Of a stretch of DNA of 62,370 nt, positions 19,765 to 30,018 are shown piece after piece. The position numbers and the translations under genes were made by a program. The notes beneath the pieces are model-generated. The model did no database searches and was not told the DNA's origin. It saw only the letters and a list, made by a program, of their open reading frames with translations. The stretch spans positions 1 to 62,370 of the forward strand of contig JAFGIO010000080.1 of NCBI GenBank assembly GCA_016929555.1, read 5' to 3'. The stretch's first letter is position 1; every line of letters starts with the position of its first letter. This DNA is from Deltaproteobacteria bacterium (GTDB lineage Bacteria; Desulfobacterota; Syntrophia; Syntrophales; JAFGIO01).

Positions 19765-21087
19765 TCAAAAAGCCACCATCTTCGCATCCACATTGTCTTT
19801 GATCCAGTGGGGGTCCCACCATTCCTGCGGATTGACGAACTCACCCCCGACGATGATAGAGAAATGCAGATGGTCTCCTCCGGCAAGACCCGTGGTACCA
19901 GTCGAGCCGAGGGAGTCCCCCCTTTTGACCGATTGGCCTTTTCTAACCTCCAAAGAGGACAAATGGGCGTATAAACTATGCAGGCCCAAACCGTGATCGA
20001 TGATGACCGTGTTGCCGTAAATACCCAGTGGTCCTGTGAAGACAACGATACCGTTATTGGAAGCTTCGACAGGCGAATGCATCGTTGATGCAAGATCGAC
20101 ACCGAGATGAATGCTGTTTCCGACAATTTCGTTCCGATATATATAGGTGCGACGGTCGCCGAAAAGGGCCATGGGGGCGGCATTGTTCATCCTCAGAAAG
20201 CTTTCCTGCCAAAGACGCTTCGGCTCCGAGTGCCTGCAGATCGTCTGGATGGTTTTGAAGTTTTGCTCTCTTCCAATGCCGTTGACGGTAACGAAGGTTT
20301 CGATGGGAGTCTTTCCCCGCAATGAAGGATCTGCGATCTGGAATTCAGGCATCTTCTGTTGCAGGAAGGCATCCGACAGCTCCATCCGATCGCTTCGAAA
20401 TTTCTTTTCCATGACCAAAAAGGGCAGATTCGTGGAGGCTTCGTTACCGGCTTGATCGCGGACTGCAACACGCAGTTTCGTAGATTCCTTTGTGAGTTCA
20501 AAGGGGAGGGCAAAGTATGTAACCAACGCGGGCAGATTCGATATCAGGACGGGGTATCCCCGAAAGAAACGGTCGTTGACCCAGACACCGCCTGCCGTAA
20601 TCGGCTTGGATGTCCTGAAGGTAACCACGCAGGCACCACCGGGATTGATGTGGTTCATCGTATTCATGAGAAAGATCTGCGGCGGTACCATATCGATCTG
20701 AACGGATCTCGAGAGGGTCTTTTTGTTTTTGAAAAGCGACCGGTCGTCGACGCTGACGGTGAGTACGGCCGTGCCGTTCGAAAACTTCAGGTCATAGGGG
20801 CTTACGGCAAGTGCAAGGGTTTTCTCTCTGAGGCCTTTCTCTGGAAACTGTTCGGATGAAAGGGCAACCGTTTTGTCCCCCTGGGTCAGTGTGACCAGTA
20901 TGCTTCGCAGTCCGCTTTTTGAATCCCTGAAAGTCAGGTTGATGACTTTTTGGCGGCCGATGGTTGTAATATCCTCCTGAAGCTGAAGTGTGGGTTTCTC
21001 GAGTTCAAGACAACTGCCGAAAAGCCACCAGAACAGGGCTGCGAATGCTATTAGGAGGATGATGACATAGGATCTTAGGTTTTTCAT
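19765..21087 (-). CDS. M23 family metallopeptidase
   Basis: HLGVDLA and GGDHLHFS (HxH) motifs with an N-terminal TM segment. I chose the ATG at 21087, which sits 4 nt downstream of a GAGGTG RBS. Confidence 0.88.
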   Translation of the reverse strand: MKNLRSYVIILLIAFAALFWWLFGSCLELEKPTLQLQEDITTIGRQKVINLTFRDSKSGLRSILVTLTQGDKTVALSSEQFPEKGLREKTLALAVSPYDLKFSNGTAVLTVSVDDRSLFKNKKTLSRSVQIDMVPPQIFLMNTMNHINPGGACVVTFRTSKPITAGGVWVNDRFFRGYPVLISNLPALVTYFALPFELTKESTKLRVAVRDQAGNEASTNLPFLVMEKKFRSDRMELSDAFLQQKMPEFQIADPSLRGKTPIETFVTVNGIGREQNFKTIQTICRHSEPKRLWQESFLRMNNAAPMALFGDRRTYIYRNEIVGNSIHLGVDLASTMHSPVEASNNGIVVFTGPLGIYGNTVIIDHGLGLHSLYAHLSSLEVRKGQSVKRGDSLGSTGTTGLAGGDHLHFSIIVGGEFVNPQEWWDPHWIKDNVDAKMVAF

Positions 21088-21489
21088 GACGCACCTCAAA
21101 GGGGGATTGAAAGAAGAAAGCATATATAATGGCTTTAGGCCGGATTTGCAAGATCAAAACAGGATCCTTTGCGATGACACTTAGAATCACAAAATATCGA
21201 ACAAGGGATCCAGTCGGCGATTCCAGGGCCTATTGCCCCTTGATCTTACCTTGGATAGTTGGTATATTTTTGTGCAAAAAAATCCACGGACCGTGGGTAC
21301 CACGAAGCGTGAAAACTGTCGGTGTCGTACCTTCGTGCAGTTGGGAATGACAGGGAAGGCAGGTGAATGTAAATGCCTATTCCCCTTCCTTGCCGTGGCG
21401 ATGAAAAGCTTTACGAGACTGGAAACAATGATAATATTTAGACGTTTCATGCATTTATGGGATGATAGCAAAGCGAGCGAAGGTGGCCA

Positions 21490-22737
21490 ATGGCACTGAA
21501 AGACAAGAGGATTCTGCTGGGTGTCACGGGTGGAATTGCGGCCTATAAGGCGGCGGAGTTGATTAGGGATTTCGTGAGGCGACAGGCCTCTGTCAAGGTT
21601 ATCATGACGAAAAACGCCAGGGAATTCGTCATGCCCCTAACCTTGCAGACACTGTCGGGGAATCCTGTTTACACGGACATGTTCAGTCTGGACCGGCCAA
21701 ACGAGATTATACACATCTCCCTTGCGGATTATGCAGATATCATCATTGTGGCGCCGGCAACGGCGAACGTTATCGGCAAGCTCGCAGCCGGCCTCGCCGA
21801 CGATCTCTTGACGACGGTCATCCTGGCCACAAAATCCCCCGTTTTGATCTGTCCCGCTATGAATTCGAATATGCTGGATAATCCCGCGGTGAAGGAAAAC
21901 ATCGCCAGACTGGTGAAAAGAGATTTTCATTTCATGGATCCGGAATGGGGTGAGCTTGCCTGCAAAGTGGAGGGACGTGGCAGACTGCCCGAAATTTCAG
22001 AAATAGCCGATGAGGCGGATGCGATTCTTACGGTAAAGGATTTCGCGGGGGAGCGGGTTCTGGTCACTGCCGGACCCACGAGAGAACCCTTCGACCCCGT
22101 ACGCTATATCACAAACTATTCCTCTGGAAAGATGGGATATGCCCTGGCTCGGTGCGCCCGAAACCGCGGCGCCAAGGTAGTGCTGATCAGCGGACCGACG
22201 GCGCTGGAAAAGCCGCGGGGCGTTGAATTCATTGCCGTATCAAGCGCCTTACAGATGCGGGATGCCGTCATGAGCGAACTCGAAACGGCGACGGTGGTCA
22301 TCAAGGCCGCCGCTGTGGCCGATTACCGTCCCTCGACCATCTCCGAAAAAAAGATCAAAAAAAAAGCGGGAGGCTTGGCGATTGAATTGCAGCGGAATCC
22401 CGATATCATTGCAGAGGTCGGCAGGGAAAAGGGCAGCCGCATCCTTGTCGGTTTCGCCATGGAATCCCATGACCTGATAGAGAACGCCACAGAGAAAATG
22501 CAGCAAAAAAACATGGACCTCATCGTGGCGAATGATGTTACCCAGGCGGGGGCCGGATTTCAAACCGATACGAATATCGTCAAGATTCTGGACTGCAAGG
22601 GCGGTATAGAGGATTGCCCTCTGATGGATAAGATGATGGTGGCAGACAGGATTCTCGACAAGGTGAGACAGATAAGAATGGAAGGGATGCCGTCAAGAGG
22701 ACCTTCCAATCCATCTAAGAGGATGCGCAGGAAATGA
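21490..22737 (+). CDS. coaBC: bifunctional phosphopantothenoylcysteine decarboxylase / phosphopantothenate-cysteine ligase
   Basis: Flavoprotein domain ILLGVTGGIAAYKA plus the PAMN motif. The C-terminal DFP domain has ITNYSSGKMG. Confidence 0.93.
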   Translation: MALKDKRILLGVTGGIAAYKAAELIRDFVRRQASVKVIMTKNAREFVMPLTLQTLSGNPVYTDMFSLDRPNEIIHISLADYADIIIVAPATANVIGKLAAGLADDLLTTVILATKSPVLICPAMNSNMLDNPAVKENIARLVKRDFHFMDPEWGELACKVEGRGRLPEISEIADEADAILTVKDFAGERVLVTAGPTREPFDPVRYITNYSSGKMGYALARCARNRGAKVVLISGPTALEKPRGVEFIAVSSALQMRDAVMSELETATVVIKAAAVADYRPSTISEKKIKKKAGGLAIELQRNPDIIAEVGREKGSRILVGFAMESHDLIENATEKMQQKNMDLIVANDVTQAGAGFQTDTNIVKILDCKGGIEDCPLMDKMMVADRILDKVRQIRMEGMPSRGPSNPSKRMRRK

Positions 22738-23507
22738 GAAATCCTGAAGATGCTTCTGCTAATTTGTCGGATTCAGCGGAAAAGGATTTGCAGGCGATGG
22801 TCCGTTCCTTTCGGTCGCGGCTGCAAATTCAGAAGACGAAGGGCCGGCGCGGCTCTCCTTTTTTCATGATGGGTGTATCTTTACCGGCTGCGGAGGCGCT
22901 AAGGCTCGACGCAATGTCGGAATTCACCGAATCAGCGGCAGGGAAAATTTCGGAAGGTCAACGTTTGACTTTGCAGGATGTCCGGTCCGAGCTGGGCGAT
23001 TGCCAGAGATGTCCCCTCGGACGCACGAGGAAGAATCTCGTCTTCGGCGAAGGGAATCCCCATGCGGATATCGTCTTCGTAGGCGAGGCACCCGGCGCCG
23101 ATGAAGATTTTCAGGGAAGGCCTTTTGTTGGTCGCGCAGGGCAATTGTTGACGAAGATTGTTGAGGCAATGAATCTCGGCAGAAAGGATGTATACATCTG
23201 CAATATCCTCAAGTGCCGTCCTCCCGGCAACCGGAATCCCCAGGCCGGAGAGATCGAAGCCTGCGAACCCTTCCTGATCAAGCAATTGGAGGCCATAGGA
23301 CCGAAGGTTATCTGCGCCCTCGGAACATTTGCAGCCAAGACCCTTCTGAAGGTGGATGTTCCCATCACAGTTCTGCGCGGACGTTTTCACAGCTACAGGG
23401 GCATCAAGCTAATGCCGACGTATCATCCCGCCTATCTGCTGAGGAATCCCTCGGCGAAACGCTTGGTATGGGAGGATGTCCAGATGATCATGAGAGAGCT
23501 TGAATGA
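22734..23507 (+). CDS. uracil-DNA glycosylase, family 4
   Basis: GEGNPHADIVFVGEAPGADED and HPAYLLR motifs. Its start overlaps the coaBC stop by 4 nt. Confidence 0.88.
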   Translation: MRNPEDASANLSDSAEKDLQAMVRSFRSRLQIQKTKGRRGSPFFMMGVSLPAAEALRLDAMSEFTESAAGKISEGQRLTLQDVRSELGDCQRCPLGRTRKNLVFGEGNPHADIVFVGEAPGADEDFQGRPFVGRAGQLLTKIVEAMNLGRKDVYICNILKCRPPGNRNPQAGEIEACEPFLIKQLEAIGPKVICALGTFAAKTLLKVDVPITVLRGRFHSYRGIKLMPTYHPAYLLRNPSAKRLVWEDVQMIMRELE

Positions 23508-24811
23508 AACGATTTTTTTCGATCACTGCCATCGAGGCCCTATCCATCCTCATGCTCTTTATTCTGTCGTCAGCCTGTCCGGCCCGAGCCGATGAGCACA
23601 AGCCGGTTTTCGATCTGATCTCCGTCAACGCCCCGATCACGCCGCCCGTCGCCGGCTATATACTCGAGAACATCGAAGAATCGAATAAGTCCGGCGCTTC
23701 GGGTCTCATCATTTTGCTCGATACGCCCGGCGGGCTGGATCTGGCCATGAGGGACATCGCCAAGGCCATCTTGAACGCCCCCCTGCCCGTGATCGTCTTT
23801 GTCTATCCCTCCGGAGCGAGGGCCGCTTCTGCGGGTGTGGTCATTACGATATCCGCCCACCTGGCTGCCATGGCGCCGGGAACCAACATCGGAGCGGCCC
23901 ATCCCGTCGGTATCGGAATCGGCGGCGGCGATAAAACCATGATGAAGAAGGTGGAAAACGACGCCGTGGCCTATGTCCGCGGAATAGCGAAGAAGCGGAA
24001 CCGAAACGAAGACTGGGTGGAACGAGCTGTCAGAAAAAGCGAATCCATTACGGCCGAGGAGGCGATGCGGCTCGGAGTCATCGACTTCGTTGCCTCCGAT
24101 ATCAATGAGCTTCTGGAAAAGGCCGACAATAGGAAAGTGATTCTCGACAAGGGCAAGCGGCTTCTCAATACGAAAGGGGCCCTTGTCAACGAAAAAAAAA
24201 TGGGGGCCAGACAACGTATCCTGGCGGCAATCAGCGACCCAAACATTGCCTATCTCTTGTTTCTGGTGGGATTGGCGGGTTTGTATTTCGAGCTTGCCCA
24301 CCCGGGAGTCATCCTGCCTGGAGTCATAGGGGGAATATCTCTTATCCTCGCCTTTTTTGCGATGCAAACACTGCCGGTCAACTACGCCGGCATCCTGCTC
24401 ATTCTCTTTGCCGTGATCTTGTTCATCGCCGAGATCAAGGTTGTCAGCCACGGTCTTTTAAGCGTCGGCGGGGTTATTTCCTTAACCATCGGATCCCTGA
24501 TGCTCTTTGACTCACCGGAACCGGCGCTTCGCGTCTCCTTTTCGGTCATGATTCCGGCCGTGGCTATCGTATCGCTTTTTTTTCTTGCCGTTATCGCACT
24601 GGTACTGAAGGCCCAGATCCGTCGACAGTTTACAGGCGCCGAAGGCATGGTCGGATGGGAGGGAAGGGCCGTTACGGATATCCTTACGGAGGGAAAGGTG
24701 ATTGTCCAGGGTGAATACTGGAATGCAAAAAGCGACAAGCCCGTGGAAAGGGGGAAGAAGATCCGGGTTCTCAAGGTAGAAGGTCTGTCAATGAAAGTCG
24801 AAGAAATCTGA
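23504..24811 (+). CDS. NfeD family membrane-bound ClpP-class serine protease
   Basis: Signal/TM segment, ClpP-like N-terminal domain, a central cluster of TM helices and a C-terminal OB-fold NfeD domain. Lies directly upstream of the SPFH gene. Confidence 0.88.
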   Translation: MKRFFSITAIEALSILMLFILSSACPARADEHKPVFDLISVNAPITPPVAGYILENIEESNKSGASGLIILLDTPGGLDLAMRDIAKAILNAPLPVIVFVYPSGARAASAGVVITISAHLAAMAPGTNIGAAHPVGIGIGGGDKTMMKKVENDAVAYVRGIAKKRNRNEDWVERAVRKSESITAEEAMRLGVIDFVASDINELLEKADNRKVILDKGKRLLNTKGALVNEKKMGARQRILAAISDPNIAYLLFLVGLAGLYFELAHPGVILPGVIGGISLILAFFAMQTLPVNYAGILLILFAVILFIAEIKVVSHGLLSVGGVISLTIGSLMLFDSPEPALRVSFSVMIPAVAIVSLFFLAVIALVLKAQIRRQFTGAEGMVGWEGRAVTDILTEGKVIVQGEYWNAKSDKPVERGKKIRVLKVEGLSMKVEEI

Positions 24812-24841
24812 ATCTGAAGAAACGAAGAAGGAGAGGTAACT

Positions 24842-25591
24842 ATGTCCGTTCCAATTATTGTCGTTATCGTTTTGGTCGTTATGTTCCTGGCGTCCGCCAT
24901 CAGGGTTCTCAACGAGTACGAGAGGGGTGTCATCTTCCGTCTGGGAAGGATCATCGATACGAAGGGACCGGGGCTCATCATTCTGATTCCGGTCGTGGAT
25001 AAGATGGTCAAGGTGGACATGCGCACCATTACGATGGATGTCCCGCCCCAGGATGTGATCACCCGCGACAACGTATCGATCAAGGTCAATGCCGTCATCT
25101 ATTTTCGCGTTCTGGAAGCCAACACGGCCGTTATCGGCGTCGAAAATTACCTCTATGCCACCTCCCAGCTCGCCCAGACGACGCTGCGAAGCGTCTGCGG
25201 CCAGGTGGAACTCGACGAATTGCTTTCGGAGCGGGAAAAGATCAACATGAACCTGCAGGAGATCCTGGACCGCAGCACGGATCCCTGGGGAATCAAGGTA
25301 TCGCTTGTGGAAGTGAAGCATATCGATCTGCCTGAGGAGATGAAACGGGCCATGGCAAAGCAGGCCGAGGCGGAAAGGGAGAGACGCGCCAAGGTCATCA
25401 ATGCCGAGGGCGAATACCAGGCCGCGCAGAAGCTGATCGATGCGGCGGCACTCATGTCAACCCAGCCCATATCCTTGCAATTGAGGTATCTCCAGACCCT
25501 GAATCAGGTCGCAGCGGAAAACAATTCGACAACGCTCTTTCCTATTCCCATCGATCTGTTCAGGCCGTTTTTGAGCCATCCGGAGAAGTAG
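24842..25591 (+). CDS. SPFH/stomatin (slipin) family protein
   Basis: N-terminal TM segment, then the stomatin signature region [16 protein letters not shown]...[12 protein letters not shown]. Confidence 0.92.
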   Translation: MSVPIIVVIVLVVMFLASAIRVLNEYERGVIFRLGRIIDTKGPGLIILIPVVDKMVKVDMRTITMDVPPQDVITRDNVSIKVNAVIYFRVLEANTAVIGVENYLYATSQLAQTTLRSVCGQVELDELLSEREKINMNLQEILDRSTDPWGIKVSLVEVKHIDLPEEMKRAMAKQAEAERERRAKVINAEGEYQAAQKLIDAAALMSTQPISLQLRYLQTLNQVAAENNSTTLFPIPIDLFRPFLSHPEK

Positions 25592-25664
25592 TGGGGCCAT
25601 CATCATTGTTGTTTTGAAGCTTTTCGAAAACGTTCAATACTCTTGAGCAGCAAGGAGGTGGAAA

Positions 25665-25988
25665 TTGAGTTCGAGACAGAAGCGGCATATTGTGACCGGA
25701 GGCATGATTCTGATCACGCTGGGTGCCCTGCTCATCCTGGACGATACAACGGCCTACCGCTTGAGCATGAGCTGGCCGATCCTTCTGATCGTGATCGGCC
25801 TCGGAACGTTGATCCAGCAACCCCGCGACATAGGAGGCTGGATCATCGGCGTCGTCGGGGTGATTTTCCTTCTAAAGGAGACCTTCCTCGTCAATTTCGG
25901 GGCCCTGGCCGTCTATCTTCTGCCGTTGCTTCTGATTCTCATCGGCATCAACATTATCGTGAAATACATGGAAAGAAAGGAACCGTAG
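25665..25988 (+). CDS. small four-TM membrane protein (LiaI/LiaF-TM-like, unknown function)
   Basis: TTG start 5 nt after AAGGAGGTG. The hydrophobic periodicity favours this frame over the overlapping 25643 frame. Confidence 0.6.
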   Translation: MSSRQKRHIVTGGMILITLGALLILDDTTAYRLSMSWPILLIVIGLGTLIQQPRDIGGWIIGVVGVIFLLKETFLVNFGALAVYLLPLLLILIGINIIVKYMERKEP

Positions 25989-26024
25989 ATGGATCGGTTG
26001 ATGCCCGGATCCGATTGTTGAAGG

Positions 26025-26732
26025 ATGCATAACAAAAAGACAAAAAAGCCTTTCCTGGTTCTCAGCGACTTCGATGGGACGATCTGTACGATGGACATGG
26101 GCAATGAGGTACTGAACCAGTTCACGGGGGAAGAATGGCGCCGGATCGATGACGAGTACTGCGCCGGACGGATGGGATCGCGGGAAGCCTATGGCATCAT
26201 GTCTTCTCTCTTCAAGGGAACCCGTGAAGAGATGCTCGGCTACATTCACCGCAACGAACGAATGGATCACAATTTCCCAGAATTCCGGCGATTCTGCGCA
26301 GACCGGGGCATCGATATCAAGATCACCTCCGACGGTCTTGATTTCTACATCTCCGTCATTCTTCAGAAATACGGCCTGGATGATCTAGAGTTCTTCGCAA
26401 ACAGGGCCGTTTTTTCGGATGAAGGTCGTCTTTCCATCAGCTTTCCGCTGGCCAGTGAAGAATGCGGACGGTGCGGGACCTGCAAGCGGCAGATCCTGGA
26501 AGGTTACCGGTCCTCTTATGAAAAGATCTTTTACGTCGGGGACGGCCATTCCGATGTCTGCGCCGCCGGAAAGGCCGATCTGGTCTTCGCCAAGAACGTC
26601 CTTTACGTGAAGTGCCGGGAAGGCGACATTCCCTGTATCCCCTACGAGACCTTCCGGGATGTCCAAAACCACCTTGAGAGGATTCTAAATCCCCGAAATA
26701 CCGGTATGGATGGACTCGTTAGTGATGAATAA
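26025..26732 (+). CDS. HAD-IB family phosphatase (MtnX/phosphoserine-phosphatase-like)
   Basis: DFDGT motif I, GDGHSD motif IV, and the internal Cys cluster CGRCGTCK. Confidence 0.75.
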   Translation: MHNKKTKKPFLVLSDFDGTICTMDMGNEVLNQFTGEEWRRIDDEYCAGRMGSREAYGIMSSLFKGTREEMLGYIHRNERMDHNFPEFRRFCADRGIDIKITSDGLDFYISVILQKYGLDDLEFFANRAVFSDEGRLSISFPLASEECGRCGTCKRQILEGYRSSYEKIFYVGDGHSDVCAAGKADLVFAKNVLYVKCREGDIPCIPYETFRDVQNHLERILNPRNTGMDGLVSDE

Positions 26733-26740
26733 AAACCCTT

Positions 26741-26765
26741 ATCCCCGCGAAAGCGGGGGTCCAGT
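26741..26765. repeat. REP-like palindromic element, copy a
   Basis: ATCCCCGCGAAAGCGGGGGTCCAGT. Stem CCCCGC/GCGGGG with a GAAA loop. Lies between convergent genes. Confidence 0.7.
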
Positions 26766-26886
26766 CCTGAAAAATGACTGATAAAACAATCGGATTCCAC
26801 CTTCCTCAGTGTCGATACGTTGGAAGCGGGAATGATAAATCGTCCGAGTGGTTAAGGCAAAATTCGATTATTTTTCTTGCTCATTA

Positions 26887-28560
26887 CTACTTCTTTTCTG
26901 CTTTTTTCTTTGCGATCTCCTCGTCTCTAAGCACCTTCCGGAGAACCTTGCCGACGGCGGACTGGGGAAGGGCGTTACGGAATTCCACCATTTTCGGAAC
27001 CTTGTATGCGGCAAGTTTCTCCTTGCAGAAGCCGATGATCTCCTCCGGCGTTGCGGTTTCTCCCTCCTTGAGAACGCAAAAGGCCTTCAGGGTCTCACCG
27101 CGGTACTCGTCAGGGATGCCAACGGAGACGGCCGTCTTGAGTTTCGGATGCTGGAAGAGAACCTCATCGATCTCCCTCGGATAGATGTTGAAGCCGCCGG
27201 CGATGAGCATGTCTTTCTTGCGGTCCACGATGAAGATATAGCCGTCCTCGTCGCGGGTGGCGATATCCCCTGTATAGAGCCAGCCGTCCTTGAGCTGCCC
27301 CGCCGTTTCCTCGGGATTGTTCCAGTAGCCCTGCATGACCAAAGGGCTCTTCATGATGATCTCGCCGGGTTCGCCCTGGGGAACCTCTTCCTTTCCTTCC
27401 TGAAGGTCGACGAGGCGCACGTCATTGTCCGGGAAGGGGATGCCGATGCTGCCCGCCTTCTTGAGGCCTAAAATGGGATTGGAGATACCGAGGGAGGTCG
27501 TCTCGCTCATGCCCCAGCCTTCGCTGAAATAGATCCCCATATCCTTGATCTGCTCGATCAGCTCCACAGGCATGGGTGCCGCACCGGAGTTCAGCAGACC
27601 AAGCTTTTTGGCCAGACCGATCTCCGCAGCCTTGGGATGGTTTATGATGGCGGTTATCGCCGTCGGAACGGCCGGGAAGAAGGTGATCTCTTTGAAGTTT
27701 GCCAGCGTATTCATGAGTTCGTCGATCTGGAACCGGGGGATGAGGATCATGGTGGCGCAACTGAACATGGCCCAGTTCATGACAACGATGTTTCCGTAGG
27801 CATGGAAGAAGGGGAGCATGGCCAGAACGGTCCTTCTCTCCGGAGGGGTGAGCGTGATCGTGGGATTGCCCCATAAAGCGCACTGCAGGGTGCCCGTGAC
27901 GACATTGGCATGGGTCAGGATGGCGCCTTTGGGTACGCCCGTCGTCCCGCCGGTGAACAGGATCATGGCAGGGTCGGCCGGCGTGACCTGAACCCGGGGC
28001 CGTTTCGTATCCGTACAGCCGTCCAGCAGCGCGGTGAAGTGGTACCATTCCTTTTCCAATTCAAGGCTCTGCGCGGTGCTCTGACCCATGCCCTCGATGT
28101 AGTCGGTCACCGCCGTCACGATAACGCGGGGAATGTCCACGGCCTTGCAGAGCTGACGGACCGCCGGAAGTACCATGTCGAAGGTGACGAGCGTCGTCAT
28201 GCCCGTGTTCTCGGCGCAGTGCTTCAGTTCCTCGAAGGTATACATGGGGTTCAGATTGACGACGATGGCCCCCAGGTGCATGCAGGCGTAATAGCAGATC
28301 GGATACTGCGGGCAATTGGGGAGATGAAGACCCACGCGGCTCCCCTTCTCGACGCCGATGGACGCAAGGGCATTAGCCATGCGCAGCACACGGAGACGGA
28401 GTTCCCAGAAGGTCATTTCCGTTCCGAAGAAGTTGAAGACCGTCTTGTCGGGATAGGCGTTGGCAGGAATCTGCAGCAGGTCGTGAACCGGTATACGCGG
28501 TACGCGCACGCTTGTCGGGACGTTGTAATCGTAGTGTCGGTGCCAGGGTTTGCTCTCCAT
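26887..28560 (-). CDS. long-chain-fatty-acid-CoA ligase (AMP-binding)
   Basis: FTGGTTGVPKG and GWLYTGD motifs. 557 aa. Confidence 0.92.
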   Translation of the reverse strand: MESKPWHRHYDYNVPTSVRVPRIPVHDLLQIPANAYPDKTVFNFFGTEMTFWELRLRVLRMANALASIGVEKGSRVGLHLPNCPQYPICYYACMHLGAIVVNLNPMYTFEELKHCAENTGMTTLVTFDMVLPAVRQLCKAVDIPRVIVTAVTDYIEGMGQSTAQSLELEKEWYHFTALLDGCTDTKRPRVQVTPADPAMILFTGGTTGVPKGAILTHANVVTGTLQCALWGNPTITLTPPERRTVLAMLPFFHAYGNIVVMNWAMFSCATMILIPRFQIDELMNTLANFKEITFFPAVPTAITAIINHPKAAEIGLAKKLGLLNSGAAPMPVELIEQIKDMGIYFSEGWGMSETTSLGISNPILGLKKAGSIGIPFPDNDVRLVDLQEGKEEVPQGEPGEIIMKSPLVMQGYWNNPEETAGQLKDGWLYTGDIATRDEDGYIFIVDRKKDMLIAGGFNIYPREIDEVLFQHPKLKTAVSVGIPDEYRGETLKAFCVLKEGETATPEEIIGFCKEKLAAYKVPKMVEFRNALPQSAVGKVLRKVLRDEEIAKKKAEKK

Positions 28561-28667
28561 TAGATATATCCTCCGTAAAATATGATTAAAAGTCTTATCA
28601 GATTAAAAAGGCATGGTAAAGACGTTTAGCGACGACCTGGCGAGAAACGGGATTTCTCGCTGAATTG

Positions 28668-28693
28668 CCATTCCTACAGTGGCAGGAATCCAG
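28668..28693. repeat. REP-like element, diverged copy b1
   Basis: CCATTCCTACAGTGGCAGGAATCCAG shares the CATTCC...GGAATCCAG ends of the family. Confidence 0.5.
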
Positions 28694-28711
28694 TATTTGT
28701 CAATAATTGCA

Positions 28712-28742
28712 TCATTCCGAGCCCCCCGCCTTCGCGGGGGTG
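28712..28742. repeat. REP-like element, copy b2
   Basis: TCATTCCGAG-CCCCCGC-CTTC-GCGGGGG. 7-bp GC stem. Confidence 0.6.
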
Positions 28743-28849
28743 AACAATTTTCTCTTCAAGGCCGCCGTCATTGTTCCCGAAGATCGGTATGGTTCGCACC
28801 GGAATCTCCATGTATTTAAATTGCGCTTTATCATCAAGTATTAGAAATA

Positions 28850-30001
28850 TCAAATAAATAAAAAGGAAGCGATGCCGTCGGCAACAGCCATGCCCGCACG
28901 GGTGGGCCGAAGGAATTCCCGATCGATGGTGAGAAATCCATCCCCGGTCAATTTATCCAAAGCTTCCCTTTTTTCCTCCAGGAGATCGCATTTGAACCGA
29001 GAGGAGAAATCGGGCAAGTGGATTCCCCAGCGCGTCCGGAGGCCGAGAAAGAGGGCTTCCAGTCGCAGTTGTTCCAGTGTGAGCGTTTCGGACGATTCAA
29101 CGGGAATCACCCCCACCCCAATCCTATCCATATAGCCTCTGACGGAGCGTGAGTTCCACCATCGTTTACCTGCGGTATAGGAGTGTGCGGAGGGGCCGAG
29201 CCCCAAATAAGGGGTATGGTTCCAGTACTTTATGTTGTGACGCGAAGCCCTATGTTCTCCCTTGGCGAAATTGGAAACTTCGTAATGAATGTAGCCAGCC
29301 GATTCGAGTCGGTCGGAGGTCTCCAGGAAGAACTCCCTCTGAAGCCGTTCGGACGGGAGAAGTGCGCCGCTCTTTTCCAGGTGTTCGCGCAGCGGTATTC
29401 CCTTTTCCAGGGTCAGTTGGTAACAGGAAAGATGGGCGATATTGAGGGAAAGGGCCCTGTTCAGGGTATCGATCCACTGGGAGAGTTCCTGTCCGGGGAT
29501 GCCGTAGATGAGATCGATGCCAATGTTGTCGAATCCCGCAGCAAGGGCGGCCGTCACGGCTGCATAGGCGTCAACGGCGTTGTGACGCCTGCCGAGAAAG
29601 GACAGAATCCTGTCGTTGAAGGATTGGACGCCGATGTTGAGGCGATTGACGCCCAGGGACCGCAGCGCGTCAAGATAAGCCAGATCCACATCGGATGGAT
29701 TCACCTCGATTGTAACCTCTCGGTTGCCGCAGAAAGGAAAGGCTTGATCGATCGCCTCAAACAGGATCTTTAAATCATCTGTCTTTATCAAAGAAGGCGT
29801 TCCGCCGCCGATATAGAGGGTGTCGAAAGGTTCGAATTGGGCTTCATAGAGGGACATTTCCTTGGGGAGGTCTTCCAAAAAGGACGGCAGGTCGTGAAGG
29901 GTATCGACGGAATAGAAGCTGCAGTAGCCGCACTTGCTCCGGCAGAAGGGAACATGGATGTACAGGCCGGGCGGGCCGGGATTCCAGTCGGGCAATTCCA
30001 T
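28850..30001 (-). CDS. hemW: radical SAM heme chaperone HemW (HemN-like, oxygen-independent coproporphyrinogen oxidase family)
   Basis: Radical SAM motif YIHVPFCRSKCGYCSF. I chose the ATG at 30001. The longer ORF would overlap the lepA 3' end. Confidence 0.9.
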   Translation of the reverse strand: MELPDWNPGPPGLYIHVPFCRSKCGYCSFYSVDTLHDLPSFLEDLPKEMSLYEAQFEPFDTLYIGGGTPSLIKTDDLKILFEAIDQAFPFCGNREVTIEVNPSDVDLAYLDALRSLGVNRLNIGVQSFNDRILSFLGRRHNAVDAYAAVTAALAAGFDNIGIDLIYGIPGQELSQWIDTLNRALSLNIAHLSCYQLTLEKGIPLREHLEKSGALLPSERLQREFFLETSDRLESAGYIHYEVSNFAKGEHRASRHNIKYWNHTPYLGLGPSAHSYTAGKRWWNSRSVRGYMDRIGVGVIPVESSETLTLEQLRLEALFLGLRTRWGIHLPDFSSRFKCDLLEEKREALDKLTGDGFLTIDREFLRPTRAGMAVADGIASFLFI

Positions 30002-30018
30002 AGACGTAAGCAGCCGTA

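Noticed and set aside
21284-21296. 13-bp palindrome CCACGG-A-CCGTGG in the divergent intergenic region between the M23 peptidase gene and coaBC. I considered it as a possible operator.
   Set aside because: A 6+1+6 palindrome is expected about a dozen times by chance in 62 kb. I saw no second copy and no adjacent regulator gene.
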